33,365 bases of DNA from the IMG/VR virus record IMGVR_UViG_3300045988_083077. One strand, given 5' to 3'. A program made the position numbers and the translations under genes. Within the stretch, counting starts at the first letter, position 1. Each line of letters begins with the position of its first letter. This DNA comes from a virus. Under the pieces are notes generated by a model. It was given only the letters and a program-made list of their open reading frames with translations. It had not been told where the DNA came from and made no database searches. Below are positions 22,346-32,400 of this stretch, piece after piece.

Positions 22346-25300
22346 ATGCATAAGGTCGGAGATATAGCGTTAGGTTTGAAACTTGACAAAAAAGGATTTG
22401 AACGCGATTTGTCGTCAGTGACGGGTCTTGCCAAGAAAGCGGGAACTTTGATTGCGAGTGCTTTTGCTGTCAAAAAGCTGATTGATTTTAACAAGAAAGC
22501 AATACAGCTTGGATCAGATTTAGCAGAAGTACAAAATGTAGTTGATGTGGCATTTCCCGCGATGTCAAAACAAATAGATGACTTCGCGCAGAAGGCTGCA
22601 ACATCGTATGGCTTGTCGGAAACAATGGCGAAGAAGTACATCGGTACATTTGGAGCGATGAGCAAGGCATTCGGATTTGGGCAAAAGGAAGCATACGAGA
22701 TGTCAACTGCTTTAACGGGTCTTGCAGGCGATGTGGCATCGTTCTACAACATAAGTCAGGACGAGGCATACACAAAGCTCAAATCCGTGTTCACTGGTGA
22801 AACAGAAACACTAAAGGAACTTGGTGTAGTGATGACCCAAAGTGCTCTAGATCAATACGCAATGGCCAACGGATTTGGCAAGACTACTGCAGCTATGACA
22901 GAACAAGAGAAGGTGGCATTAAGATATAGATTTGTAATGGATCAATTATCGCTTGCATCGGGAGACTTTGCACGTACATCGGATGGATGGGCGAACCAGG
23001 TGAGAATATTAAAACTTCAAATGGAATCATTCATGGCAAGTGTAGGTCAGGGTCTTATTAATATATTCTCTCCTATTTTGAGGTGGATTAATGTATTGTT
23101 GAGCAAACTGATGACGCTTGGTAATGCATTTAAGGCCTTTACGGAACTTATTACGAAGAAAAAATCAACAAAGGGCTCAGGAATAGGGCAAGTAGCAAAA
23201 GACGCGGACAGCGCAAGCAGTGGACTTGAGAACGCAGCAGGTGGAGCAGATAGCCTTGGCAAAGCAGCAGATGGAGCAGGATCCTCAATAAAGAATGCGG
23301 CCAAAGAAATGAAAGCACTCATGGGATTTGATAAAATCAACAAGCTAGACGACCTTGCAGATAGTTCAGGTGGCGGCGGTGGATCGGGTGGTTCAGGAGG
23401 CAGTGGTGGAGGAGGCAGCACAAATCCACAAGGTGCAGATGTCGACATGGGGAAACTTGCCGAGGGCGACGGATTGTCAGAATATAGCAAGGGACTGCAG
23501 AGGGTCCTTGACTATCTGAACAGAATAAAAGATGCGTTTGCAGATGGATTTGAAGTGGGATTGAATGGTAATAGCCTCGCAAAGACATATGCAAACATAG
23601 AGAATATCAAACAAGCAATCATAGATATTTTTACAAGCAAAGAGGTTATTAGTGCAGCAGATACATTTGCAAGACACACGGCATTCAGTCTAGGAAGGAT
23701 TGTTGGCTCTGCTGCATCGATAGGCATTTCGATAGCAGAGAATATAACTGGCGCTGTAGCTCGCTATTTTGAGGGGAACTCAGATTTTATAAAAGAAAGC
23801 ATAGCGGGATGGTTCAGAGGTGCAACAAAGCTAGTTGATGTTGCAGGTGACGCGGCTGAGCTAATGGCAACGGTAGCGGAAGCATTAAAGTCGGAAGGTG
23901 CTGTAAAGCTGACATCGGCCATCGTGGAAATATTTGCAAATAGCTGGCTTGCATCCAAAGAAATAATGACAAAGATTGGTTCTGACATCGCATCAGCGGT
24001 TATTGAGCCATTCGCAAAGAACAAGGAAAGGTTCAAAAAGATCTTTGAGGATATTTTTGGTGCGCTTGGTAATGCAGCAGATAGTATTGCAAAGTCAATG
24101 ACTAATCTATGGGATACTATAAGAAAAGTATACGACGAGAAGATTGGACCTATGTGGCAATCAATCGAAAGTGGACTCACAAAGTTAGTGAGCAAAGTGT
24201 CGGATGTATGGGATAAGTATATAGGACCTGTAGTTTCAAAAATCGGAAGTGGCTTTGCAGAGATGTGGACAAACTATGTTTCACCTGCGTTGCAGAGTTT
24301 CGCACATCTAATTGGTGATGTAGCAGAATTAATAAAGGTGTTTTGGGAGACAACATTGCAACCCGTCTTATCATGGCTTATTGAGGTCCTTGGGCCAATC
24401 GTTGCAGCCCTCGTTGACACATGGTGGGGTCACTTAAAGAGTTTCTTTTCGGCAGCCGCACAGATGTTCAAGGGACTAATTGACATACTAAGAGGGGTTA
24501 TAGAATTCTTGACGGGAATATTCTCAGGAGATTGGCAGAAATGCTTTGAGGGCATAAAGCTGATGCTAGAGGGATTTAAGGAGTATATTCTAGGATTGTT
24601 CATGAAGATTTGGGCAGAAATTAAGGTCATATTCACACCCGTGATTTTATTCTTTAAGACAATATTCAATGCAGCAAGAGATCATATCAATGCAGCATTT
24701 GAATCAATTGGGACCTGGTTTAGTGATAAATGGACAGCAATTAAGAATGTATTTGCAATTGTACCTGAATGGTTCAAAAACATATTTAACACTGCATACG
24801 AAGCAGTGAAGAATGCTTTCAGTGGAATTGCGGGATTCTTCAGTGGCATATGGAATACAATCAAATCCACATTTACCCATGTAGGAACAATGGTCGGAAA
24901 TGCAATCGGTGGAGCAGTAAGATCGGTCATCAATGGTGTACTAGCAACTGTGGAAGGAACAATCAATCGAGGCATAGGATTGCTCAATGGAGCGATTAGA
25001 GTAATCAACAAACTGCCAGGAGTGAGAATTGGTGGATTTAGCACAGTAAGTTTGCCACGACTAGCACAAGGTGGATATGTCAAAGCAAATACACCACAGC
25101 TTGCAATGATTGGTGACAACATGCACTATGGCGAGATTGTGGCACCTGAAAACAAGTTGCTCGAAATGGCAAAGCAGGCGGCAGCACTTTCGCAGGGAGG
25201 AGACAACCGCGAAGTGGTAAAACTGCTTCAGCAACTTCTCAAGGCAGTAATGTCGCTAAACTTAACCCTCGACGGACGAAAGGTGACAAAGGAAATAGTG

Positions 25301-25354
25301 GAAATGATTAACAGCATCACAGTCAATACTGGCGAATGTCCGCTTATAGTTTAG
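22346..25354 (+). CDS. Tail tape measure protein
   Basis: 1002-aa ORF, helical and low-complexity with a Gly/Ser linker, in the canonical position after the chaperone pair. Confidence 0.9.
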   Translation: MHKVGDIALGLKLDKKGFERDLSSVTGLAKKAGTLIASAFAVKKLIDFNKKAIQLGSDLAEVQNVVDVAFPAMSKQIDDFAQKAATSYGLSETMAKKYIGTFGAMSKAFGFGQKEAYEMSTALTGLAGDVASFYNISQDEAYTKLKSVFTGETETLKELGVVMTQSALDQYAMANGFGKTTAAMTEQEKVALRYRFVMDQLSLASGDFARTSDGWANQVRILKLQMESFMASVGQGLINIFSPILRWINVLLSKLMTLGNAFKAFTELITKKKSTKGSGIGQVAKDADSASSGLENAAGGADSLGKAADGAGSSIKNAAKEMKALMGFDKINKLDDLADSSGGGGGSGGSGGSGGGGSTNPQGADVDMGKLAEGDGLSEYSKGLQRVLDYLNRIKDAFADGFEVGLNGNSLAKTYANIENIKQAIIDIFTSKEVISAADTFARHTAFSLGRIVGSAASIGISIAENITGAVARYFEGNSDFIKESIAGWFRGATKLVDVAGDAAELMATVAEALKSEGAVKLTSAIVEIFANSWLASKEIMTKIGSDIASAVIEPFAKNKERFKKIFEDIFGALGNAADSIAKSMTNLWDTIRKVYDEKIGPMWQSIESGLTKLVSKVSDVWDKYIGPVVSKIGSGFAEMWTNYVSPALQSFAHLIGDVAELIKVFWETTLQPVLSWLIEVLGPIVAALVDTWWGHLKSFFSAAAQMFKGLIDILRGVIEFLTGIFSGDWQKCFEGIKLMLEGFKEYILGLFMKIWAEIKVIFTPVILFFKTIFNAARDHINAAFESIGTWFSDKWTAIKNVFAIVPEWFKNIFNTAYEAVKNAFSGIAGFFSGIWNTIKSTFTHVGTMVGNAIGGAVRSVINGVLATVEGTINRGIGLLNGAIRVINKLPGVRIGGFSTVSLPRLAQGGYVKANTPQLAMIGDNMHYGEIVAPENKLLEMAKQAAALSQGGDNREVVKLLQQLLKAVMSLNLTLDGRKVTKEIVEMINSITVNTGECPLIV

Positions 25355-25363
25355 GAGGGCAGA

Positions 25364-25705
25364 ATGAACGAGATTACAATAAATGGAATAAGGCTCGCAT
25401 CCCCTGTGGAAATCACTGCAGCAGATGAGATCATATGGTCATCAAGCACGGGTCGTAGTGCAAGTGGAATCATGGCAGGTGATATCATCGCTGCAAAACG
25501 AAACATATCAATTAACTGGGGAATACTGACTCAAGCGGAATTAAATCAAATAAAAAACGCACTATCAGGAACCTTTTATCCGTGTGTGATTTTAGGCGAG
25601 ACACTGACGGTGTATCGTGGCACATTGCAGTATAACTTGCTCGGTACACTAAGCGATGGCGTGACTTATTACAAAAGCGCGTCCGTGTCTTTGATTCAGC
25701 AGTAA
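25364..25705 (+). CDS. Hypothetical tail-module protein in the position of a small distal tail component
   Basis: 113-aa ORF with RBS aggagg, immediately after the tape measure. Confidence 0.5.
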   Translation: MNEITINGIRLASPVEITAADEIIWSSSTGRSASGIMAGDIIAAKRNISINWGILTQAELNQIKNALSGTFYPCVILGETLTVYRGTLQYNLLGTLSDGVTYYKSASVSLIQQ

Positions 25706-25714
25706 GGAGCAATT

Positions 25715-28072
25715 ATGATTAGCACAAGCGCAGCTTATAAAACAGCGATAGACAACACAAGCAGGATGTTTGATTGCGAACTAGTCCTTAACGGACAAGC
25801 CTACACAAAGAAAGACATCGTTAGTTTCACACTTGAAGAGGGATTGGGTGGCGATAAACAGCTCCCTCTTGGTGGTGGCTATATAGCTGGACTAACAGTA
25901 AAAATAAAAAGGATAATCGAAGGACTGCAGGAGATGATGCCGAGCACTTTGGTTATTTCTGTAAGAAAGGACGATGGGAGTTACGAGCCGATTAAACTAG
26001 GCTCGTTTTTTGTCGTTGATGTAAAACTTGACAGAAACTCAAACTATACCGAAATAAAACTCGAAAATGAGTTTTGTAGGCTTAGTGGAAACTATGAATC
26101 ATCATTACAAATGCCAACATCGGCACGAGCAATCTTGCAAGAGATTGTACTAGCAACGGGAATACATACTGCAAATGGATTGTCGGTGCTTGACGATGTC
26201 ATAAGTACAATGCCCAAAAAGTGCAGTTATAGAGAGGCGATTGTATATATAGCACAGCTCAATGGTGCTTTTGCAATCTTTAACCGCGAAGGAAAACTTG
26301 ACTTTATAAAACTAAGGCAAAGTGGCAAGCACATCACAAAGGACATGTATAAGCCATCGGGATTAGTAAGAGGTGAGATTTTATATCGTTTCAGAGGCAT
26401 AGAAAACAAACTCGAAGACGAAAAGCAGATCATTACTGCAGGAAGCATAGATGGGACAGAACTAAAACTTACAAATCCATGGATGACACAACCAATACTA
26501 GATCAAGTATACAATCAATGTCGAGACTTAAATTACTATCCATACACACTAGAATGGAGGGGCGATCCTGCTTTAGAAGTGGGTGATTGGATCACAGCAG
26601 TATGGGGAGCAAACATAGAAATAGATGTTCCAATCATATCGCAGACACTAACATTTGATGGTGGACTAAGTTCCCACTGTAGTGCAGAGGGAAAGACACA
26701 ATCGCAGTCGTCATATCAATATAAAAGTCCACTGCAGAGGAAAATCGAATACATTGAAGAACTAGCCACATCACAAGGATTGATGTTCATGGACACAGAA
26801 GAACCGAAAAGTCCAAAGGACGGAGATATATGGTTTAAACCTGCAGGTGGTTATGTCGAACTATGGGAACATCAAGGTGGGCAGTGGGTCAAAAAGGCAG
26901 ATACCGCGGATGTAAAACAAATCGTAAACAAAATCAGCACAGACGAGGTGCTGACGAAAAAGATATCAACGGCAATTGCAAATGTGATTGAACTTAACGC
27001 AAAACATATCACTGCAGGCGATGTTGACCTACAGCGAATAAGAATAGTCGATGGAGACAAAGAAGTCCTCACTGTAAGAGATGGAAAACTAATCGTTAAT
27101 TTTGGAAAGGCATTGACTGATAGCATAGGACAAGAACTAAAGAAAGTTGTCAAGACGGGCGCAAGAAATCTCTATATAGAAAAGGCAACAACACGAGGAG
27201 TTCTTAACGAAGACGGATCGTTGAGTCCATCTGCAGAGGCAAACACAATGGTGAGTGATTTCATCGAGGTAAAAGACACTACTGCAATACAGCAGTGGAT
27301 TCCAAAGCCTGGACAAGTACAGCAATATAACCATTGGCTGAAGATTGCAGTATACGACAAGAACAAGGAATTTATAAGATTTGAGAACTTGCAAGATGAC
27401 ACAGACGGCACTGCAGTTCAAACATCGAATATTTTTGAGAAAAAAGAAAACGATGCATATATAAAGATATACAGCACTAACATAGAGGGGACAAAGACAA
27501 AAGTCGAACGAGGCACTTTGTACACAGATTGGACACCTGCACCCGAAGATGTGGAAGGGCAAATAATAAGCAATAGAGAAACCATAATCGAACAGATGAA
27601 TAATCAACTATTGCAATTACAAACCACTGCAGAGGGTCTTATAGCAGAAGCAATAAAAAGTAGGGTGTCTAAAACAGATTTTGGTAACTTTAGAGAGGAA
27701 GTGCAAAGCAAACTACAAATGCAAGCAGACAACCTCACGCTTACATATAGCGAAATACAAAAGGGCCTTGATGAAATTGGTGGATATATGTCTAATCAAC
27801 AACTATGGCTTAGAACTAGCGTCAAAGGTCTCGAAATAGGAAAGGTGGATTCTGAAGTAACAACACTATACACAAACGACGCATTGAAGTTTATGTACAA
27901 AGGGCAGGTAGTAGCTCAATTCACGAATGATTTTCTAGAGGTTCGTAATGTGGCTGTATCAGGACAGATGCGATATGGATCGCAATGGGCGACTAGGCTA
28001 GGGTCTGAAATAAGAAACAAGCAAGGCAAAACTGTTGGTAATACACTAAACGATGTATGGATAGGGGGTTAA
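25715..28072 (+). CDS. Tail-tip / baseplate hub protein (Tal-like minor structural protein)
   Basis: 785-aa ORF in the position of the tail-associated protein. The C-terminal half is coiled-coil or fibre-like. Confidence 0.55.
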   Translation: MISTSAAYKTAIDNTSRMFDCELVLNGQAYTKKDIVSFTLEEGLGGDKQLPLGGGYIAGLTVKIKRIIEGLQEMMPSTLVISVRKDDGSYEPIKLGSFFVVDVKLDRNSNYTEIKLENEFCRLSGNYESSLQMPTSARAILQEIVLATGIHTANGLSVLDDVISTMPKKCSYREAIVYIAQLNGAFAIFNREGKLDFIKLRQSGKHITKDMYKPSGLVRGEILYRFRGIENKLEDEKQIITAGSIDGTELKLTNPWMTQPILDQVYNQCRDLNYYPYTLEWRGDPALEVGDWITAVWGANIEIDVPIISQTLTFDGGLSSHCSAEGKTQSQSSYQYKSPLQRKIEYIEELATSQGLMFMDTEEPKSPKDGDIWFKPAGGYVELWEHQGGQWVKKADTADVKQIVNKISTDEVLTKKISTAIANVIELNAKHITAGDVDLQRIRIVDGDKEVLTVRDGKLIVNFGKALTDSIGQELKKVVKTGARNLYIEKATTRGVLNEDGSLSPSAEANTMVSDFIEVKDTTAIQQWIPKPGQVQQYNHWLKIAVYDKNKEFIRFENLQDDTDGTAVQTSNIFEKKENDAYIKIYSTNIEGTKTKVERGTLYTDWTPAPEDVEGQIISNRETIIEQMNNQLLQLQTTAEGLIAEAIKSRVSKTDFGNFREEVQSKLQMQADNLTLTYSEIQKGLDEIGGYMSNQQLWLRTSVKGLEIGKVDSEVTTLYTNDALKFMYKGQVVAQFTNDFLEVRNVAVSGQMRYGSQWATRLGSEIRNKQGKTVGNTLNDVWIGG

Positions 28073-28073
28073 T

Positions 28074-29870
28074 ATGGCGCGATATTACTTATCAATCGGC
28101 TTACAACAAGAATCTCAAAACATAGCAGGTAACTATTCAAGGGTGACAGTTTCAGTAGTAATTACTGCGAGTCCAGGTGCTTGGGCGCAATGGAACGGTG
28201 GATGTAGTGGCGCACTAGTCATTAATGGAGAATCACATCCATTCACATCGTCGTATTATATAAACGGATCAAGTCAGGTACTATATGCCACAACAGTTAC
28301 AGTGCCACACAACAGCGATGGAACAAAGACAGTGAGTGCATATGCGAGTTTTGATGCAAAACCATCATCGGTCGGTTGGTTGTCAGCTAGTAATGGACTC
28401 ACATTGTCGACAATTCCCCGAGGAAGCAAAACGGAAAGCATATCGGGAAGCGAATTTGGAGAAACATTCAAAATAAAGTGGACGCCTGCATCGGACACAT
28501 TCACTCACAGAGTATATTGGCATATTCTAACGGAGAAAGAACATCAATGGGTTTTAGTTGATACGGGTCTTATTAATCAATGTTCATTTAAAGTGCCAAT
28601 AGAACTATGCTCCAAAATACCAAGCGAAGGACAAACCACTTTGACTGTAAGTTTGGAGACATATGCAGGCGAAACAAAGATATGGGACGAGATTAAAACA
28701 TACACCATAAAGGTGCCTACTAGTGTTGTGCCGACAATCGAGTCAAAAACTATCACAGAGGGAAATTCTTCACTGCCTGGAGAGTTTTATGGACTATGGG
28801 TTCAAAGCATTTCACGGCCGAAGATAAACATCAATGCAAAAGGGATTTATGGTTCAACGATAAAATCCATAAAGACGACTTTTGAAGAGGCAAGCTATGA
28901 TGGGAATGAAGTTATTTTTAATCCAATCAAATCAGATGGACAAATAAAATCAAAAACGATAGTCACAGACAGCAGGGGAAGGACAACGGAATACATCCAC
29001 ACTTATAATGTCGTACCTTATCACGAGCCACAAATAAAAAGCCTAACATTTGCATTTTGCGATGTAAATGGACGACCCGATCCATCAGGCACATTTATAA
29101 AGATAACCACATCGGGAAATATCTCATCAGTAAAAAACACTAATTTGCGCGTACTTAATATCAAGTGGCGCAAACAAACATCGCAGAGTTTCTCAAGTAA
29201 AAATGTTCAAATCAATTCATACGAATTTGATACAAGTGCAGTCATAGGTGGCTTTGATCCAACACTAACATATGAAATTGCAGCGGAGCTATTTGATGCA
29301 CACGCGAAAAGCACAACATCAATGTTTACGGGTAAAATCGTTATTTCGAGATATCCAGGAGGAGACGGAGTAACATTTTTTGATGAGGCGACTGAAGAGG
29401 GACTTAACTGTAGAGGCGTTAGGTATGATCTAAGTGCAGACGAATTGGTGGCAATGCGAAATCTCACGGGCATACAGAGAGGACTAGTTGGACTTGGGAA
29501 AATTCTCAGCAAGTTGGGGTTTTGTATACCCATTCAAAAAACGAAAGAGGGACAGTTTGATGTAGTCAGGTATAGCGATGGATCGTGTCAAGCGTCGTGT
29601 CAAATAAAACAAATAACGCCAATTGCTATGGTACAGTGGAATTCTTGTTGGTGGAGATGGATTGGGAACCTATCTCTACCCGACAACCTTTTTAAAACGA
29701 TTAGCAATGTGCAGGTATCGGGCCATTGCAACGGAGGTGTGTACACATGTGGGTCATCAACAAATACAAAAGTGTTGCAAGTTATATTACTGATGCCAAC
29801 GCCTGCATGGGCCGCGAATCAAGTACCTGCAGAGTTGCCATTCATAAAAATAGACGGGAGGTATAAATAA
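28074..29870 (+). CDS. DUF859-like siphovirus minor structural protein (probable receptor-binding or baseplate protein)
   Basis: 598-aa ORF. The N-terminus YYLSIGLQQESQNIAGNYSRVTVSVVI...TVPHNSDGTKTV...LSTIPR matches the DUF859 pattern seen in Gram-positive siphophages. Confidence 0.6.
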   Translation: MARYYLSIGLQQESQNIAGNYSRVTVSVVITASPGAWAQWNGGCSGALVINGESHPFTSSYYINGSSQVLYATTVTVPHNSDGTKTVSAYASFDAKPSSVGWLSASNGLTLSTIPRGSKTESISGSEFGETFKIKWTPASDTFTHRVYWHILTEKEHQWVLVDTGLINQCSFKVPIELCSKIPSEGQTTLTVSLETYAGETKIWDEIKTYTIKVPTSVVPTIESKTITEGNSSLPGEFYGLWVQSISRPKININAKGIYGSTIKSIKTTFEEASYDGNEVIFNPIKSDGQIKSKTIVTDSRGRTTEYIHTYNVVPYHEPQIKSLTFAFCDVNGRPDPSGTFIKITTSGNISSVKNTNLRVLNIKWRKQTSQSFSSKNVQINSYEFDTSAVIGGFDPTLTYEIAAELFDAHAKSTTSMFTGKIVISRYPGGDGVTFFDEATEEGLNCRGVRYDLSADELVAMRNLTGIQRGLVGLGKILSKLGFCIPIQKTKEGQFDVVRYSDGSCQASCQIKQITPIAMVQWNSCWWRWIGNLSLPDNLFKTISNVQVSGHCNGGVYTCGSSTNTKVLQVILLMPTPAWAANQVPAELPFIKIDGRYK

Positions 29871-29871
29871 A

Positions 29872-30423
29872 ATGAAAGCACTCAACATTAACAAGACAGA
29901 TAGGGAAGAATACAAATTTACAGCGACAAGAGAGGATGGGAAGATTGTATTTGGAACTTTTGAAGAAAGGGATTTGACGAACATCATAAAGACGGTAGAA
30001 ACGACAAAGAATCTCGAAGAACAAAGATTGGAATCGCTCAATCGATTAATTAACTCGTTGCTAAAGCTAGAGAAAAATAAAAAGGCTGTCACATCAATGG
30101 TTGAAAGATGGCAAGTATGTTCTTATTATCCCTTAGGGCATTATGTAACATACAATGACAAACTTTATTTGTCGAGAAAGGAACACAACTCGACTTTTGA
30201 GAATATACCAGTCAACGATGGAGAATTATGGACAGAAGTAGAACTTGGAAATTCGTCCGACTATGATAATTGGTGGAAAAGTGCATCATATTGGGCAGCA
30301 GACAAAACATATAAGAAAGGCGACATGGTAATCTATTACAACAAACTATACAAATCGCTTAAAGACAAGAATGTATCAAATCCCGAGAAGAGTGATTGGG
30401 AACTAATCGAGAAGGATAAGTAA
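29872..30423 (+). CDS. Hypothetical tail-fibre-associated protein with two CBM5/12-like carbohydrate-binding repeats
   Basis: 183-aa ORF. The two repeats are W-x4-YYPLGHYVTYNDKLY...LW and W-x8-TYKKGDMVIYYNKLY...W. An N-terminal coiled-coil is present. Confidence 0.5.
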   Translation: MKALNINKTDREEYKFTATREDGKIVFGTFEERDLTNIIKTVETTKNLEEQRLESLNRLINSLLKLEKNKKAVTSMVERWQVCSYYPLGHYVTYNDKLYLSRKEHNSTFENIPVNDGELWTEVELGNSSDYDNWWKSASYWAADKTYKKGDMVIYYNKLYKSLKDKNVSNPEKSDWELIEKDK

Positions 30424-30434
30424 AGGAGTCAGGT

Positions 30435-30737
30435 ATGGAAAGAGCAATAATACTCGCAGTTTTCGCAAGCACGGGACTATGGAGTTTTATAAGCATGATA
30501 GTGCAGCGATACATGGAACGTAAGAGCGACTATGCCTTGATGATGCGTGGGTTAGGTCATGACAGAATCTGTAGTCTGGGAGAGTTTTACATCATGCGAG
30601 GCTATATAACGAGGGATGAATATGAAAATCTTGTCGACTATTTATATATCCCATATAAGGGACTAAAAGGCAACGGCACGGCCGAGAAGATTATAAACGA
30701 GGTAAAGCAGCTCCCACTCAAAGAAAGCAAAATATAA
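30435..30737 (+). CDS. Membrane-anchored hypothetical protein associated with the lysis cassette
   Basis: 100-aa ORF with RBS aaaggag. It has an N-terminal hydrophobic helix AIILAVFASTGLWSFISMIV followed by a soluble domain. Confidence 0.55.
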   Translation: MERAIILAVFASTGLWSFISMIVQRYMERKSDYALMMRGLGHDRICSLGEFYIMRGYITRDEYENLVDYLYIPYKGLKGNGTAEKIINEVKQLPLKESKI

Positions 30738-30749
30738 AATTGTCAAATG

Positions 30750-30772
30750 GGCAGCGAAATGCTGCCTTTTTT
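30750..30772 (+). terminator. Rho-independent terminator-like hairpin just upstream of the holin gene
   Basis: A 6-bp GC-rich stem ggcagc / gctgcc with loop gaaat, followed by TTTTTT. It lies inside the 5-prime extension of track ORF 30747..31007. Confidence 0.65.
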
Positions 30773-30791
30773 ATTTCAAGGAGGTAAAAAT

Positions 30792-31007
30792 ATGAAAAAC
30801 AGAGATTGGAAAGATTGGACAGTTAAAGCAGGAACACGAGCAGTTAAGACAGTAGCACAGACCGCAATCGCAACAATCGGAACAACAGCACTGCTGACAG
30901 ATGTCAATTGGACAGTAGTTGTAAGTGCATCCGCACTAGCAGGACTACTATCACTGCTAACAAGCGTTGCAGGATTGCCTGAACTAGACGAAAGCAAAGG
31001 AGAATAA
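30792..31007 (+). CDS. Holin
   Basis: ATG at 30792 lies after AGGAGG. The 71-aa protein has two hydrophobic segments (AVKTVAQTAIATIGTTALL and VVVSASALAGLLSLLTSVAGL) and a charged C-terminus. It lies immediately upstream of the endolysin. Confidence 0.75.
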   Translation: MKNRDWKDWTVKAGTRAVKTVAQTAIATIGTTALLTDVNWTVVVSASALAGLLSLLTSVAGLPELDESKGE

Positions 31008-31012
31008 ATCAC

Positions 31013-32071
31013 ATGAAAAAATTCGGAATAGACATTAGCACATGGCAGAGTGGATTCCCATACTACAGAGCACAGCAGGAGGGAGTCGAGTTTGCGATTT
31101 TGAGAGCAGGGTACTCAACCGCAAAAGACGCAGCATTTGACACACACTATGCATCACTTAAAGCACTAGGAGTTCCAGTTGGGGCATATTGGTATATGTA
31201 TGCGACAACACCTGCAGAGGCACTTGCAGAAGCAAGGACCTGCTTAAGCGTCATATCAGGAACGCAGCTCGAATATCCTGTGTATCTAGATCTTGAGGAT
31301 CCATCACTAAAGGAGCTCGGCAGAGAAACCCTCGATTCGCTCGTAAGGACATTTTGTGAAGAAATTGAGAGGAATGGATATTATGTAGGGGTGTACACGA
31401 ATATAGATTGGTATAACAACTATATCAGTGGGCATGAACTCAACCAAAAGTATGATTGGTGGATTGCCTCATGGGGTACGCAAGAACCGTCAGGACTCGA
31501 CTTCGGCATGTGGCAATTTGGTGGTTCAACAAACTTCTTGAGAAGCACGCAGGTGGCAGGAGTCACAACAGATCAGAATTACTGCTACAAGGACTATCCA
31601 AACATCATGATAGACCTTGGACTAAATGGATTTAGTCAGGGTGCGTCTGCAGTACTACCTACAACAGAACCAATGGTCACACCACCAACAACATCAAGTG
31701 ACCTATTTGCAGTTGGAGACAAGGTACAAGTTGTCCAGGCAGTGCAGTATAATGGAGAGCCATTTGTTGCTTACTTCTCAACATACGACGTAATCGAGGT
31801 AAATGGCGATCGTATCGTAATTGGCAAAGGTTCGGCAGTAACTGCGGCCGTTAGAGCATCGTCAATTATAAAGGTTGGGGCAGTAAGCACAGGTTCGATC
31901 GCAGCGGGCGACAAGGTAAAAGTATTAAATGCGATACAATACAATGGACAGCCTTTCACTGCGTACTATGACACATACGATGTCATAGAGGTTAGTGGCA
32001 ATCGTGTTGTGATTGGCAAAGGATCTATTGTTACCGCTGCGGTAAACAAAGCAAATCTCGTTGTGATATAA
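31013..32071 (+). CDS. Endolysin: GH25 muramidase domain plus two tandem cell-wall-binding repeats of about 57 aa
   Basis: The N-terminus FGIDISTWQSGF...VEFAILRAGYS...GAYWYMYA...VYLDLED is GH25-like. C-terminal repeats at 31703..32068 have the form GDKV-V--A-QYNG-PF-AY--TYDVIEV-G-R-VIGKGS-VTAAV. Confidence 0.9.
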   Translation: MKKFGIDISTWQSGFPYYRAQQEGVEFAILRAGYSTAKDAAFDTHYASLKALGVPVGAYWYMYATTPAEALAEARTCLSVISGTQLEYPVYLDLEDPSLKELGRETLDSLVRTFCEEIERNGYYVGVYTNIDWYNNYISGHELNQKYDWWIASWGTQEPSGLDFGMWQFGGSTNFLRSTQVAGVTTDQNYCYKDYPNIMIDLGLNGFSQGASAVLPTTEPMVTPPTTSSDLFAVGDKVQVVQAVQYNGEPFVAYFSTYDVIEVNGDRIVIGKGSAVTAAVRASSIIKVGAVSTGSIAAGDKVKVLNAIQYNGQPFTAYYDTYDVIEVSGNRVVIGKGSIVTAAVNKANLVVI

Positions 32072-32080
32072 TGGCAAGTA

Positions 32081-32105
32081 AAGAGGGCGAAAGCCCTCTT
32101 TTTTT
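32081..32105 (+). terminator. Rho-independent terminator with a GAAA tetraloop, a duplicate of the one at 21478..21501
   Basis: Same stem-loop aagagggc-gaaa-gccctctt with a T7 tail, directly after the endolysin stop. Confidence 0.8.
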
Positions 32106-32129
32106 ATTGAGAAAAATCAGACAAAAGAC

Positions 32130-32158
32130 TTGCAAAGGTACACATTGTAGTATATACT
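32130..32158 (+). promoter_or_regulatory. Sigma-70-type promoter of the moron operon
   Basis: TTGCAA (32130..32135), a 17-nt spacer, then TATACT (32153..32158), between a terminator and the next RBS. Confidence 0.6.
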
Positions 32159-32202
32159 ATATGTATAAGAACAAAGCACGAAGGTTTAAAAGGAGAGATA
32201 AA

Positions 32203-32400
32203 ATGAAAAATAATAAGAAGTACGAAGTATGGGCATTGCTAGACATTCACACAACAGGCATGAGAGAATGGTGCTTGCTAGAAACAGACAACCGTCTAGC
32301 AGCAGTACTCAAGGCTCGCGAAGAAAATTTTAAAAACAACAAAGGTGTGGAGATAAGAACGGCCGATGGAGATGGCAACTATAAGTGCATAGAATTTTAA
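32203..32400 (+). CDS. Small hypothetical protein (65 aa), paralogous to the C-terminal domain of the next gene
   Basis: ATG at 32203 lies after AAAGGAG. The upstream part of track ORF 32071..32400 covers a terminator and a promoter. KKYEVW...EW.LL.T...GVEIRT is shared with the protein encoded at 32471..32929. Confidence 0.65.
   Translation: MKNNKKYEVWALLDIHTTGMREWCLLETDNRLAAVLKAREENFKNNKGVEIRTADGDGNYKCIEF

Noticed and set aside
23355-23420. GGT/GGC-rich repetitive stretch that could look like a short tandem repeat array.
   Set aside because: It is in frame inside the tape measure gene and encodes a Gly/Ser linker (SSGGGGGSGGSGGSGGGGS). This is low-complexity coding sequence, not a regulatory or CRISPR-like repeat.
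32071-32202. N-terminal 44 codons of track ORF 32071..32400.
   Set aside because: This stretch consists of the endolysin terminator hairpin and a consensus promoter. The real start is the ATG at 32203 behind AAAGGAG. Similar over-extensions were trimmed for the holin (30747 to 30792), portal (13151 to 13241), chaperone (21674 to 21701) and Rep-like gene (8784 to 8829).
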